Source of the DNA: Amoebophrya sp. A120
Taxonomy: Eukaryota > Protista > Dinoflagellata
DNA: 64,000 nt
Assembly (NCBI GenBank): GCA_905178155.1
Contig: CAJINV010000010.1
Coordinates: 2,996,587-3,060,586, forward strand
Direction of reading: 5' to 3'
The number at the start of each line of letters is the position of its first letter. Positions within the stretch are counted from its first letter, which is position 1. Below, piece by piece: positions 16,860 through 29,559 of this stretch. The position numbers were made by a program, and so were the translations under genes. The notes under the pieces are model-generated. The model did not search any database, was not told where the DNA came from, and saw only the letters and a list, made by a program, of their open reading frames with translations.

Positions 16860-17690
16860 GGGCGCGCCGACTGCGACTTTGCTATTTTTCTATGGGAAAA
16901 ACCCGGCGGCACACCGACCCCGTTTCGCTTGTTCGTCCTCGTCGGCGTCGCTCACATCTTCGCCCGCGCGGCACGGGAAGGCGCTCGCCGGCGGCGGGGC
17001 CGCGCAGCCCCTCCCAAGGGCCGGCAAGGTGCCCGCCTTTTCCGCCACAGGCCAAACGCCCACCAAAGCCAGCGGCCGCGCACGGGGGGGGCCAGAAAAT
17101 GGGCACACAAAAGAAACACACCGGCCCGACCCGCCCCGGCCCTGCAGCGAACAACGGACCGGCGGGCCTCGGCCCGACCCGGCGAAAATACGCGGCGCCT
17201 TTGGCCGAAACGCGGAAACCAGAAACGCGGCGCGTTTGGCCGGGCGCACCGGGCGGGTGCTCGGCCGGGTGGAGGGGGCGCAGGCTACGCGGACGCAGGC
17301 GCGTAATGGATCTGCTGCAACGACCAAAGGCGCGGCGCCGGCCCATAAGCGGCACCGCTGTCCGCCTCTCTGCTGCCGCAAGTCATCACCAAGGAGCAGC
17401 CAGCGCCGGCCCCTACGGTAGTCACAGCCGACCGCTAGCACCAACATACGCACGCCCTGCCAGTGGCAGTGCCAACACACAAACAGCGCAAAAACATGCA
17501 GAAGGCGGCTTTCTCAAACACTCACGCTGACCGTCTCGCGCCGTCCCATCTTTCCCATCGTTGAACAGGAGTCGGAGTGGACGTGGTATAAGCCGGGCCC
17601 GCATGATCGAGCTCACTAATGACACTGCAGCTAAGCTTTGTTCTTGTTTCACTTCGTGTTCGATTTTCGTTCCTTTATGTTTTCTGCACA
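16860..17690. repeat. GC-rich degenerate repeat island, paralogous to 13960-14990
   Basis: Shares collinear blocks with the 14-15 kb island. Confidence 0.6.
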
Positions 17691-17732
17691 ATAATGCCAG
17701 ATATAGCCGCCGAGGCGGGGGGAGTGAGGTCA

Positions 17733-18475
17733 CGCGGGGGCTTTTTGACAGACTGGACGACGCCGGGCCTTTTTGCTCTTTTCAGAGGAGAAACACTCTC
17801 CCGCACGCTATGGCCCCACAAGGGCCTCCACCAGGGTCGGCCCTGTGGGCCCCCAAAATCGGGCCCGTAGCATGCGGGCTGGCTTGCTGCTTTTGGCGGG
17901 GTTTGCGTCCTTTGGTTTTTTTTGCTGAAAAGCCGCGGCCCTGCCGCCTGCTGAATTGAAACGCTTTCTCGCATGCTATAGCCACCCCAGGGCCGCCACC
18001 AAGCCCGGCCCCGTGGGCCCCCAAAATCGGGCCTATAGCATGCGGGCTAGCTTTTTGCTTTTGGCGAGCTTTCCGCTTTTTGTTTTTTTTGTTGAAAAGT
18101 CGCACTTTTTGGATTGTTCCCCGCATTACAGGCGCCCGACTTTAGTGGCCGTCTTTGCAACCTCCAAAAGTGGCCAAAAATGGTGGCCAAAGCATGCGGA
18201 TTCGCAGCTTTTGTCGTCTTGGCATTTTTTCGGCGCCCCTTTTTGGGCGCCCCAAATCGGCGGAATTAGGTGCGCTGGGCGCCTCAGAAGGGCGCCCATT
18301 TTGCCGGCTCCTCTGCGTCGTTTTTTAGATCGGCGACCGATAGAATCCGCCGGCGATTCGGTGCCGACACAGCCAGAGCCGATTGATAAATGAGAATTTT
18401 TTATGTCCAAAAACACTTCCGGCCGATTGCAAAACGCCGGGCGTTTTTCAGGGTAGCTGTCAAAAAAAATCCCTG
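17733..18475. mobile_element. possible MITE (hAT-like CCCTG right end) with an internal 168-bp tandem duplication
   Basis: Imperfect inverted ends TTTTTGACAG...ACGCCGGGCCTTTTTGC and GCAAAACGCCGGGCGT...CTGTCAAAAAAAATCCCTG. GTGGGCCCCCAAAATCGGGCC is repeated at 17845 and 18013. Confidence 0.45.
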
Positions 18476-18539
18476 GTTAGAACCGTTCGGTGACCTCACT
18501 ACATATTACGAAGTTGTAGTAGTTATACACCATGAAGTG

Positions 18540-18944
18540 CTACGGAATCCTCTGCACCAAGTCAAACGCTTTTTTCGCTTCTTTCTCATGTAACACGTAC
18601 GCCCGGTGGTAAATCTCTTCCAAAGACCGGTCCCGGAGACTGACCGGGAACAAATACCACGGAAAATTCTTCAATCTTTCCGCCGTACTCCCCTTCAACG
18701 CCCCGATGTCCAAGCCACCGACACTCCCCCGCGTCAGCCACTGCGTCACCGTCTTCCCGACCATGGTGGGTTTCAAAGGGCTGGGCGGTGAGTACGGCTG
18801 CGAAACGCCGCCACCGTGGGGGCGTCGCTTCGTCGGTCGCCAGCAACTTGTGTCACCGTAGTGCCCGGACCGGAACGCTTTCTCCTTGTTCCAGGCGAAA
18901 AGCGTCTGGTGGGAACGTGAAAAAAGGGTGGGGAGACGGCGCAT
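18540..18944 (-). CDS. small hypothetical protein, possible mitochondrial presequence
   Basis: 134-aa ORF with a basic, acid-free N-terminus and coding-like composition. Confidence 0.55.
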   Translation of the reverse strand: MRRLPTLFSRSHQTLFAWNKEKAFRSGHYGDTSCWRPTKRRPHGGGVSQPYSPPSPLKPTMVGKTVTQWLTRGSVGGLDIGALKGSTAERLKNFPWYLFPVSLRDRSLEEIYHRAYVLHEKEAKKAFDLVQRIP

Positions 18945-19614
18945 AGCTGCTGTTGTTCCTCGAGTACTGCGGGTTCAGAACAGCTAGTACTTGTTCGAGA
19001 TCACCAAGGTCATGTTTCTTCAAACGAAATGGAAAGTGCGTGTAAACAAGATCATGATGATGTTGATTATGAGAAGATGATGATGATCTTCCGAGCTTCT
19101 GACTGTTCTGGGAGCAATATGACACCGAGATGGCGCTAAGACCCACGGCAGGCTCATCAAGGTGGCAGCGGCAAGAACAACCGCATCTTCCTTAGTGATG
19201 GATCAGAACAGGGACGAAGAAAAACACGACACTCACAGGCTTGTGAAATCGGCGACAAGTGTTTCGTCGCCGCACTGCGGGGGCGAAAAATGGGTTCTTC
19301 GTCGTGTATCCCACTGTTGTTACAAACCAGGAGAGTGGCGTGTCGGATTTTTTTATGTCATTTCCAAAACATCAGCACAATTGTTGCATTCCACATAATT
19401 AGTTTTCGTACAGAAATGAAAGTCGTATCATACAAGGACCGTTGTAGGTGCAGCACAAACATCATACAAGCGCTGGAAGCGTCGCGTAGTTTAGTACCTT
19501 CTATCAAACGTATCGGTGTTGTAATTTGAGTCTTATCTTGTTTAAAATTGTGTCATAGCAATGGATTTGGGCGATTAGTATCAATCAGCTTCACTTTCTT
19601 CCTAACATTTCAAG

Positions 19615-22600
19615 CTACTGCAGCCAGGTTTTTTCCTTTTCCAAAATAGCGGCAACTCGTTCGAATTCCTCCACTTCGTTCTTCAAGTTCCGTTTCAGCC
19701 TGTATCTTTCCTCGCCCCGGTGGTAAATTTTTACCTTGGTTCCATACTGCCCCGCCGACCGCTGAATCGGCGGCTGCGACATAGATCGCGCCCCGACGAG
19801 AGCTCCGTCCTGAAAGTCGCCAAATTCCTTTTTTAACCTCTGTCTCCTGTGAATCACGGACTTTTTCGCACTAGAGCTCTGCATCGGCGAGGTTGCGTTA
19901 TTAGATCCAGCATGATTGTTCGCGGTAATCCCGATCGCCTGCAATGGGTGGTTTTGACTGCGGCTGTACTGCTGGCTCTCGCTGCGTATGAAATGCAAAA
20001 GCATCGTACTAGTTCTAGTAGTAATCGCATGACAAATTTGCTCAGCATGACAAATGGAATTTCTCATGCTGATTTACTTTGAAAAAGGGATTTGTACTAC
20101 GAGCACGATACTTTTGCACAGGATACTGCGACTGTTGTCTTGCTGTAGTAGTTCTCTCCCATTGTCAGAGCCGGGGGAGTATGCATTGCAAAAGTATCGT
20201 ACTCGTATAAATGCATTACAAATTTCCTCTGCATGAGAAACCAAATTTGAAATACGGATTTACGATAAGAAAAAACTTTGTGATGCAGGACTTGCATTTA
20301 TACGAATACGATACTTTTGCACAGGATAGGGACGAAAGAATTTGACTGCCAGATTGAGAGTGTTGCGGCGACGCTAGATGAGGATCGAAATTACCGCCGG
20401 ATGAACCGGGCCTCGGGAAAAGGTGATGTTGCCCTCGGTAATCTTCTGGACCTTTCGCGGACAGCCGGGGCCGGAGATATGAAATGCAAAAGCATCGCAG
20501 AACTCGTATAAATGCATTACAAATTTCCTCAGCATGAGCCATAGAATTTGTAATGCGGATTGACCTGAAGAAAAGGACTTGTAATGCATGACTGCAATAC
20601 GAGTACGATACGTTTGCACAGGATAGGACCTCTTTCTTGTCGATTTGCTCCGGGGGAATCAAAGAGGTTGGGTCGATCTGTAAAGTAATAATTATTTTGA
20701 TCGTTTTTCATCACCAGGTGAGAAGTTTCAGCTAGAAACCGTGTGTGCTTGCGCATGACAAACCTTACGCTGCGTGTATACGAACATGAACATCAACATT
20801 TACATTGTGCATCATAAACAGCAAGCCAGTAAAAAACCGTATCAACATACCTTTGACGGCGGTATTATCGGGGGCCTCAGCACCACTCCACCCGGCGACA
20901 TGGGTCTTTGGTCTCCAAAATACGTTGTCACCATCCACCGATCCCGCTCTTCCACCTGTTTACTCAGACGCGACGAATTTTCTATTCCCTTCTGCAGCCC
21001 CTCCGAGATTTCCTCCTGCAGCGGTTTCAACACCCGGGAAACTTTCTCGCCACTTTCCTCCATCACAAACTGCCCCTCGTCTACTTCCTCCACGATTTGC
21101 GCCTGCCCCTGCAGGGTCGCCGACAAATTTGGCTGGTGCTGGCTTCGGTTCGCGTTAGTTGTGCTGCTGCTCGCGCGGCTTGAGGAGCTTGACATCGGCC
21201 TGGTAACGTTGCCAATCGTCACTGTCGGCGCGTTTTGGAACTGGTGGATTTCGCTACCGCCCAAATTCGCATTCGGATTGACGTACACCGGGTAGGGTCG
21301 GGGCTGGTCGCCCGAGGAGTACGGTCTTTGCTGGTGATGTGCAGATCTACTCCGACCATGGATCTGGGAATTCGAGGAGAAGTGACCTCTTGTTGGTGTA
21401 CTAACGGAAGAATTCACGCCCCCTTGCTGGCCGTAGTTCCCGTACATCTCCAAAACGGCTAAATCTTGGTGGTGCAAGTGTTCTTCCTCCGCTAAGTTTC
21501 GTCTCGTTTTCCCGTGCGGGGGGAACAGTTTCGTCACTTCCAAAGCGCCGTCAATGTCTTTCTGCCGGAGGGTGTTGAGGGAAATTTGGTCGTAGAAGTA
21601 CTCTATCAACTGTAAAAGTGTCTGGGTCTGGAAGAATGCGCGATTTGTCACGCAGCTTTGCCATGACCCATGAGGTCTGGAATGCAGGACCTAGAATGAC
21701 AGATTTTGCGCGATCTCTCTCATGCCTATCCTGCATGACAAACTCCCTCCCGCCTTGGTCAAAACTGAACGACTTCTGGTAATCATGCAACACAGATTTA
21801 CGCATGCTTGAGATTTAGCATCACAAGTTGCATTCTTCCAGACCCAGACATTTTTACATTTGATATACTCCGTGGGGGGGCGGAGAACGAAATTGCGGAG
21901 ATCGTAGCCGTGCGTCTCGTATGCATTGCAAAAGTATGATCGTACTAGTATAAATTGCAATACAAATTTCCTTAGCATGAGAAATGAAGTTTCAATTTCT
22001 CATGCAGATTTGCCTTAATAAAAAGATTTGTAACGCAAGACTTGCATTTATACGAGTACGATACTTTTGCAGAGGATATCTCGCTCGTGATCACATCATG
22101 CTCCACACCGTTGTCGATGCCTGGTTTTGTTTTTTCGGATGGTCTTCGCGTTAGAAGGCTACAAATCGTCATGCAGAGTCGTGCAGCAAGAACAATGATA
22201 CGCACACTCTGATGCGTTCTTGCAACAATTTTGACGAGATAGTACTCACAACCACACGACATGTGAAGATGTCGAAAAATCCACCTACCAGCATTCTCCG
22301 ACACATCCCACAAGATCGCTCGTAACTCCTGGTAGTCGCAATAGCTGTCGCGCATCATGCTCTGGAATTTCGACCAGATGAGTTGATCCACGATGCAGAG
22401 CCTCAAATCCAAGTACTCGAGTCGGTGGTCCCCGTGGAAGGGCGCCTGCTCCAGAATTTGAAACAGCTGCGCAATGCACCGCCGGTCTAAAGCGCCGTTA
22501 CCCCTCATGCAGAGGCGCTGGAGGCTGATGATGATTGTGATTTTCCATAATTCCGATATAATTGTGCAGAAATTGCATCACAAGTTGTTTCATCTTCTTC

Positions 22601-24114
22601 TATCTGATTAAAGCGATGCAGCAGCTCTTGCACAAGTCCGAGGACATTCCTATATTCTAAAGTAGTACCCTTTCCTCGTCTCTGGTACGAGCATTCCGTC
22701 TCGTCTGTTCGCTTTCAAGAATTCCATCTGCCCCAGCACCGCTTCCAACACCCGCCCCACCCCGTTGCCACTTAACCGGTTGAAGCTCGCGCCGAGGAAT
22801 TTCAACGCGAAATTCTGCTTCAAATAGGTCGCCAGAATCGCGCTCCCCCGCGCGCCCAGTTCGCAGTCGGATAAATCTAAAGCGAGCAGGGACAAGTTGT
22901 TCAGGTAAAGGGATTGTGATTGCTGCGGTTGCGGTCCGGAGGGTGCTGTATTGCCGACATTCTGACCCGTGGTTCCTGCAGTACCACCGCCTAGAGAACT
23001 CTATCCTGTGCAAAAGTATCGTACTAGTATAAATCGCATAACAAATAAGTAATTTCCTAGGCATGAAAAATGGAACTTCTCATGCGGATTTAGGTTGGGA
23101 ATTAGATTTGTCATGCATATCTGCGATTAGTACGAGTACGATACTTTTGCACAGGATAAACTCAACCACCCGCCCATCTTGTTGTTGGCGAAGGACACGT
23201 ATGCATTGCAAAAGTGATCGTTGTTGTACCGAGACAAATTGCAACACAGATTTTTAGAAGAGAAAAGATGTAATTTGTCATGCTGATTTCCCTTAGGCCA
23301 CGGATCTGTCATGCATGAGTGCGATAAATAATTCGCTTTAGCAATAGTGCGATAGTACGACCTTCTGCAATGCATAACACACAGCGGATGTTATTCAATT
23401 TGGACCCGGCGTTGACCTGCATGAAGCGGAAGACGTGCGACGTACTATTCAATGCAAATATGTCTGGGTCTGGAAAGTGTCATGCTATTTTTGCATGGCG
23501 CAGAAGATCTGGCAACGAAGCCCTAGCATCACAGGTGGTTTCGTCGAGAAGGTTACGGGGTGCCTAATGCGCATGACAAGTTTCCATTTTTGGTGACAAG
23601 AAATGAGCAACTTTTGCGGTCCATGCATGACAGATTTCTTTCTGATCTGAAATGCGGATCAGGAGCTACATGTTAATGTTTCCAGACCCAGACATATTTG
23701 CAATGCATACATCCCGATGTTGGACAATCCGCAGCGGTTCAGGTTCAAGACCCGCAGATTTCGGAAGATCGGGCTGGTCCGGGAACTTCTTTTCAGGAGT
23801 AACTCATAAACCCCGTGATCCTGCAAACTCGCGTTGCCCCACAAATCCAAATAGAGCACGTACGGGTGGCGCTGGAGCAGCGCGTCGGTGAGTTTTTGGA
23901 TGGAAAAATAGTCGAAGTCGTTCAGCCCACAATGGATGCTGTAGCAGTTGACGTAAATCAATTGCAGCACGTGTAGCACCTCCTCGAAGCCGAAACCTTC
24001 CAAGGCAAGATCCCGGCATTGGTCCTGCTTGGGGAAGCGGCGGGCCGGGATTTTGTACCGGAGGAGGGTGTTGCGGAACGGGTACTTCTGCTCCGCGTGG
24101 GGGTTATCGGGCAT
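19615..24114 (-). CDS. leucine-rich repeat (RNI-like) protein, ~11 exons
   Basis: LRR motifs VLYLDLWGN, LRVLNLNRCGLSNIG, LLALDLSDCELGARG and LKFLGASFNRLSGNG. Frames join across 8 introners and at least 2 GT-AG introns. Confidence 0.75.
19987..20125. mobile_element. introner family A (R)
   Basis: TSD CTGCG. Confidence 0.9.
20180..20328. mobile_element. introner family A (R)
   Basis: TSD GGGAG/GGGAC. Confidence 0.9.
20478..20625. mobile_element. introner family A (R)
   Basis: TSD GGAGA/GGACC. Confidence 0.88.
21604..21865. mobile_element. introner family B
   Basis: TIR TGTCTGGGTCTGGAA/TTCCAGACCCAGACA; TSD TACTC; inverted relative of 62163-62425. Confidence 0.9.
21920..22078. mobile_element. 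introner family A (R)
   Basis: TSD TCTCG. Confidence 0.9.
23002..23158. mobile_element. introner family A (R)
   Basis: Perfect 23-bp TIR TATCCTGTGCAAAAGTATCGTAC; TSD AACTC. Confidence 0.92.
23200..23376. mobile_element. introner family A (R, diverged)
   Basis: TSD ACACG/ACACA. Confidence 0.85.
23446..23709. mobile_element. introner family B
   Basis: TSD CGTAC/CATCC; related to 46617-46867. Confidence 0.88.
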
Positions 24115-24869
24115 TTTCTTGTTTGGCGGAGGACGAGGAGAGGAGGAGACGGCACTAGAGGTCCTCGGACTACTTCAAGGAAATAGATGAACTGACGGCC
24201 GCGCTCTTGATTGGAGGAGCAGCCAACCAATGCAGTGGTCTCGGCAATGTTGCAGCTGAGATCTTCGTCGTCTGCGAATTATACAGGCTAGCTGCAAGTA
24301 GGTGCGATTTCAAAGAAGTCGTCGTTAGCTGGTGGAGCTGGGTAACGCGACCAGCATCATGTCATGTACACTGCGGCTGGCCTGCAACATCCGGTCGATG
24401 GAACTGCCCTCGTTCTTTAATTGAAATTCGCAGCGGATGCAACGGGGCGTCAACGCCAGTACAGCACTAGCAGCGGATTATTTCATTTGATTTTCACTCA
24501 ACATCTGAGCTGCTGTTATGATCTAGCGTGCCGGTGCTCATCTACCACTCATCAACATCTCCACACACGCCGAAATAATGCCGAGGCCGGTGCGGTCCTT
24601 GCGTTCCAACACCTGCATCAACAGTGCTGGATTGTTCCATTGATAAGCTGTATTGCATTTGCAATTGCGTGCTGTTCCTACTCGCAAATACAGTCAAAGT
24701 CATCAGAGCCCTCCGCTCAGAACAATACAGACTGCGCAGGGCCCTGTGGTGCGAGTGCACCACTTGCAACCGAACACACATACACGCGCGCAGCTTGCTT
24801 CACTTTTTTCATTCATCTGCCAGACTAGATCATCGCACACACAGACAATACCCAGAAGAGCCATCAATG

Positions 24870-25700
24870 CTGGGGCCGGCGCGAGACACTTTTGCCAACC
24901 ACAAAAATCCAAAATGGGCAGGGCCAACACACTCAACGCGCCACCGAAAGGGCCGCGCGGGCGCGTGGGGCGCAGATAGATTGCGCCCGGCGCATGGAAG
25001 CACACGACGGGCGGGTGACAAGAATAGACACAGGCCGCCAACATATGGGCGCGCCCACCAAGAGCTGCCCCAGCCGAGGCAGGCCGGGCGGCCAATGCGG
25101 TCGACGCCCCAGCCCCGGGCGGTTGGCCGAGGGGTTTCCACTGGATGGGCGAAAGGGGCGCCAGCCCGGCGCCCACCCGCCCAGGCGCCGGCCGGCCGAC
25201 GGCAAACAACGCGCCCGCCTAGCGCCCGCGCTTCGGCGGGCCAGCTCTTTTCGCTACGCGCCCCCCCTTGCTGGGGCATCCATGCCGGCCGCTTCAGATA
25301 TTTTTCGAGGCGCGTAGTCTCTGTGTCGTGGCCATCTGCAACTTCTGCCGGCGCCGTTTTGCGCCCGACCCGCATTCGACCAACGGCCCGGCAATCACTT
25401 CGAGGGCTGGCCGACACACCACACCCATCGGCCAAAACACGGCCGCCGGCGCCGCTACCTTTCCCTGGGCGCGGCCGCTGCGCGGCCACGCGGGAGGGAG
25501 TCGCCGCCGAAGCAATGGCGGCAGGCCAAACAAAGCGCGGACGACACACAGGGCAACCGGTCGCCTGCTCTAGCTGCTAAATCGTGACCCATCGGCGGGA
25601 AGGGCGCTGATCATTTTTTGGTTTTGAAGAAAAAAGCGCGCCTCGCGCCTCTCGCGCTGTGCTCTCAACTTCGGCCGCGCCCCATAACCGTCGAGCGTGT
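24870..25700. repeat. GC-rich intergenic island (probable degenerate repeat)
   Basis: Abrupt GC rise with spurious overlapping ORFs in many frames, same texture as the 14 and 17 kb islands. Confidence 0.4.
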
Positions 25701-26175
25701 TTTTGGCCAGGGCCGTCGCCATCTCAGTCACTCGCACTCTCATCTCTGCAGGCCACAATGAGAGTTGAGAACACAGAGCGACAAGGAGAACATCGCGTGA
25801 TCTTTTTTTGCAACACGACACGACGTTGCTCAAGATTGTTGTTCTTCTCAATCAGTCATTCCTTTTGCTCCTCGTAGCTGCATAATTGACCTTTGTACTT
25901 CAGAAAACCACATCATTCAGTTCCGGACTCTATTCTCAAAAAATCCGCTTGTTCGTTTCCCTTCACAGCGGGCATCACCAAGAACTTTCCGACTATGCAG
26001 CATTGCTATCGCACTTGGAGTTAGTACGAGCAACTCCGCCTTCACCGGAAGTTCTGATTGCAAAGCGAAACAGGAGTGTAATTGAGGAGCGAAAAAGTAA
26101 GAGAGATAATCAGAAACCGTGTTTGTGTTGAGTCGCAGGTACGTGTTCGTTTGTTGTGTGATGTAAACAAAAATC

Positions 26176-29007
26176 CTACAAGTATTGCTTCATCCATTTT
26201 CGGTATTTTTCCGTTTTTCTCCGATCCAAAACCTCGGCGGAACTCTCTACCTGCCCGCGTTTTTGGTAGTGCGGATGCAGGTCTTCGTCTGGGATGGGTG
26301 GCGGCTGCAGATCTAGTTTGATGTTTCGGTCACTCTGCGAAGCGGTCGGCTTGATGCCCCCGCCAGCATCCCTTGTTTGATGTTGATCCACGTGGGTTGG
26401 CAGCGGCAGCAGCTGTCCCTGACTTCCGCCGGGTCCAGAACCGGACTTATTCCGGGTGCGGAGGTAGGCGCCGCGGATTTGCTTGCTGGTTTCCTGGTGC
26501 TTGTTGGGGTCTGGGGGGTAGGGATGGTTCGGCGGAACTGCGGCGGCGGCGGGGGATAGTGTAGTTGGGGACCTAGTGTTTGATTGAACTATCGCACTAG
26601 ATGAGTGTAAGGGCGTGCTGGTTCTGATTCTGTTTCTGTAAAAAAACTTGAACTTCTACCAAAACATCGTGTGCATTACATGCATGTTCACGCTACACAC
26701 CATTGTGCTGGAACTATATTGCAATAATTCATTGTATACCCTGGCACCACCGCCACTCCTCCGATTTTATTCGCATTCGCATTCCCTCTGTTTCCACCGC
26801 TGTGCAGCTTGTTCCCCCCGCCGTCCATGAAGTCCGCTCCTATCCCGGCGGGCCTGGGCCCGCTGTGCGCGGGTTCGATTCCCGTTGGGCTCCTGTGGTG
26901 GTACACCGCGTAGCTCTTCTTCCCACTGGAGGCGGAGGAATCCGGCCTGGTGCCCGTTCTTAAACTCGAGGGGGTACGCGGTATGGACTTGGACGATTGC
27001 GGTCGGGAAGACTTTTTCTTCTTTCTTCTCGACGGTGGAGAACTACCAACAGCAGCTCCATCTGGCGATTGTTCTTCGGACTCGAAATCGTCCGAGTAGT
27101 CGTTTTCCTCCTCCTTGCTGTCAATATGGTACTTCAAGGGGTCCAACCCCTTGTAAATCTCGACGTCCTGCTCCAGTTTTTCTTCGGGCGACAAGGGTTG
27201 CATCTTCCGTTTTCGGAAGTCGTGCTTCTGCTTGCCCTCTATCGTCGTGATCTGGGTGTGCTTCGCGTGTTTCAGCAGGTTCTCCAGCGCCTTCTCGCCC
27301 TGCTTCACGACGGTCAAAATCGACAGCGCGTCTTTGGGCATCTCGGACTCGTCTTGGTAAGTTTGGAACACGTTTTGCGGCTGTTTCGGCAGGTCTTCAC
27401 GGATGTGTCTTCTCGCAGCCCCTCGGGAGGGTGAACGCGGAGAGATACTACTTGCGTTGTTCCCGCCCGCCCCAAGTGCTGCGTCGGTCGACAACTGTTG
27501 TTGTTCGTGCAGTTGGTTGATCGACAGTTGCAAGGAGTTGTTGTAAGAATTCGCCCCGCCGCCACGACTGGCGTTCTGGTTTCGCAAAGAATTTTGCACG
27601 ATTATGAACTGCAAAAGTATCGTAGTAGAAGTAGTATAAATTGCATTACAAATTTTCTCAGCATGAGAAATAAAATTTGTAATGCGGAGTTGCCTTTAGA
27701 AGAAAATTTCTAATGCATGATTGCAATTACTACGAGCGCGATACTTTTGCACAGGATAGCGATCAACTTCCGCTTATTCGCGATGAAATTCTCCGTCGCC
27801 GCCCGTTTTCGGTTCTCCAATTGCTGCAGCCTCGTTTTTATGAATTGCAAATATGTCTGGGTCTGGAGGAGTGCAAGTTTGTCATGCTTGTCTGGCATGA
27901 CTCGAGAATCTGTGTTGCATAGGCACGAACAGGCCCTCTCGCCTGTCATGCAAAAACGCAGTTTGCCATGCGGAATACGTAACACATGGCCGCCAAATAA
28001 TTTGTCATGCGTAAAAGTAAATGCGTACTGCAGTGCTTTTATCATTTACTTTTAGCATTACAGGTTTCCAGATCCAGACATATTTGCTGTCCATAGTTTT
28101 GTCCGCGGCCGGGGTGGAGGAGGAACTACTACCGCCGATCTGCTCGTTTTTCAGACTCTCCGCCAGGTAGCTGGGGGGAATCGGGGCGGCCTCGATAATC
28201 TCGTCGAACCGGGTTTTGATCACCGGTAACCGGAGCGGCTTGTTGTGCTCCACAGCGTCGCGGATGGAGGAGTCTTGGACTTGGTTCGCGGAAGCACTTG
28301 TTGCGCCGGGAGGCAGCGTTGTCGTACCAGGAAGAGAGACGGACCTGGTCGTGGTGTTGATAGTTAATACGGGTAGTGAGATAAGAACGTTTAACATTGA
28401 ACAACAACAAGCACTTGTTTACTTCATCTGCATCTTCTGCAACATCCAGAAACAGGAGTAGAGATTTTGTCATGCGCATCAAAACCCAAAATGCTCGTCA
28501 ATTACTCAAATACCCTTGGAACCGTTCACCACCTCCTCCTCCCTGCGCGGCGTTCAGCCCGGGCGCAACGGTCGGTGGATTTTTGTTCGTGAAGGATTTT
28601 TTCTGTCCTCCGAACGCGCCGATGCCTAGCCCCTCTAGTTCCGCCTTCAAGGCGTTGAGGGTCTTTTTTGACAGTCCCTTCTCGCCCAGTTTTTCCAAGT
28701 CGCGGTTTATTCTCGATTTTTTCGAATCCTCGTTGGAGCCGCCCAGGTAACATGCCAGGTGGGAGCGCTCGGTGATACCTGTCGTGTTTGTTCAATTCAT
28801 TTTCATGATGGCCTAAATAAAAGATTTGATGATCCCTTCGAACATGAAGGTCAAGATGCATGCATCATGAGCATGTGCATGTCGAAAAAATAAGTAAATC
28901 AAAATCTCACCTAGCCGGACGAGTTTTCGGCTCGCCTGGAAGATGTTTTTTGCACTCCAATGCGGCGCACATTTTACCAGAAGGTCGCGGAGCTCGCGAG
29001 AGATCAT
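26176..29007 (-). CDS. hypothetical protein, ~6 exons
   Basis: ORF segments joined by GT-AG introns (28779-28910, ~28345-28512, 26573-26738) and two introners. Confidence 0.65.
27603..27758. mobile_element. introner family A (R)
   Basis: TSD ACGAT/GCGAT. Confidence 0.9.
27839..28095. mobile_element. introner family B
   Basis: TSD GTTTT. Confidence 0.9.
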
Positions 29008-29559
29008 TCTTGGAGGTCATAATTAGAAGAGTTGTAACCGGTAATGTTTTTTGGTATGCTGTCTCTCTCGTTTGATCTCAGAGTTTGAGTTACTAGAGCT
29101 GCCTCCGGACCAGATCCATTCCAAAACACGGAAACAGGGTCAGAGTCGTTGGTTCATCAAAATTCAAATTTCTTCAGAGACGACAACGACAAGGAAACCA
29201 GGACCCAATAGAATTCGTAGAAGAATCTTCGGGTCTTACTCTACTTCATCTTCTTTCACCACTGCATCTGAAAACCAAGAACAAGCCTGCTCTCACGCTC
29301 TCGACCACTACATAAAAAAGCTAGAAACAACTGGCACCTCCTCCCGATCGCGTTGTGTCTCCTCGGCTCAATGCTTACGCCCTCTTCTAGAACCCACAAC
29401 GAGCTGCAGCTGTCGCATTGAGCAAAGAAAAGCGCGGCTTGCGCTTGTTCGAAAAAAAGCGAACCAATCTTGGTCAACAACAAAATTAGTGAATACGATA
29501 GGCGCTACGTCGAACGTTGCCAAGGCCCAAGGGGCCGTCCAAGTGCGGCGCATAACAAC

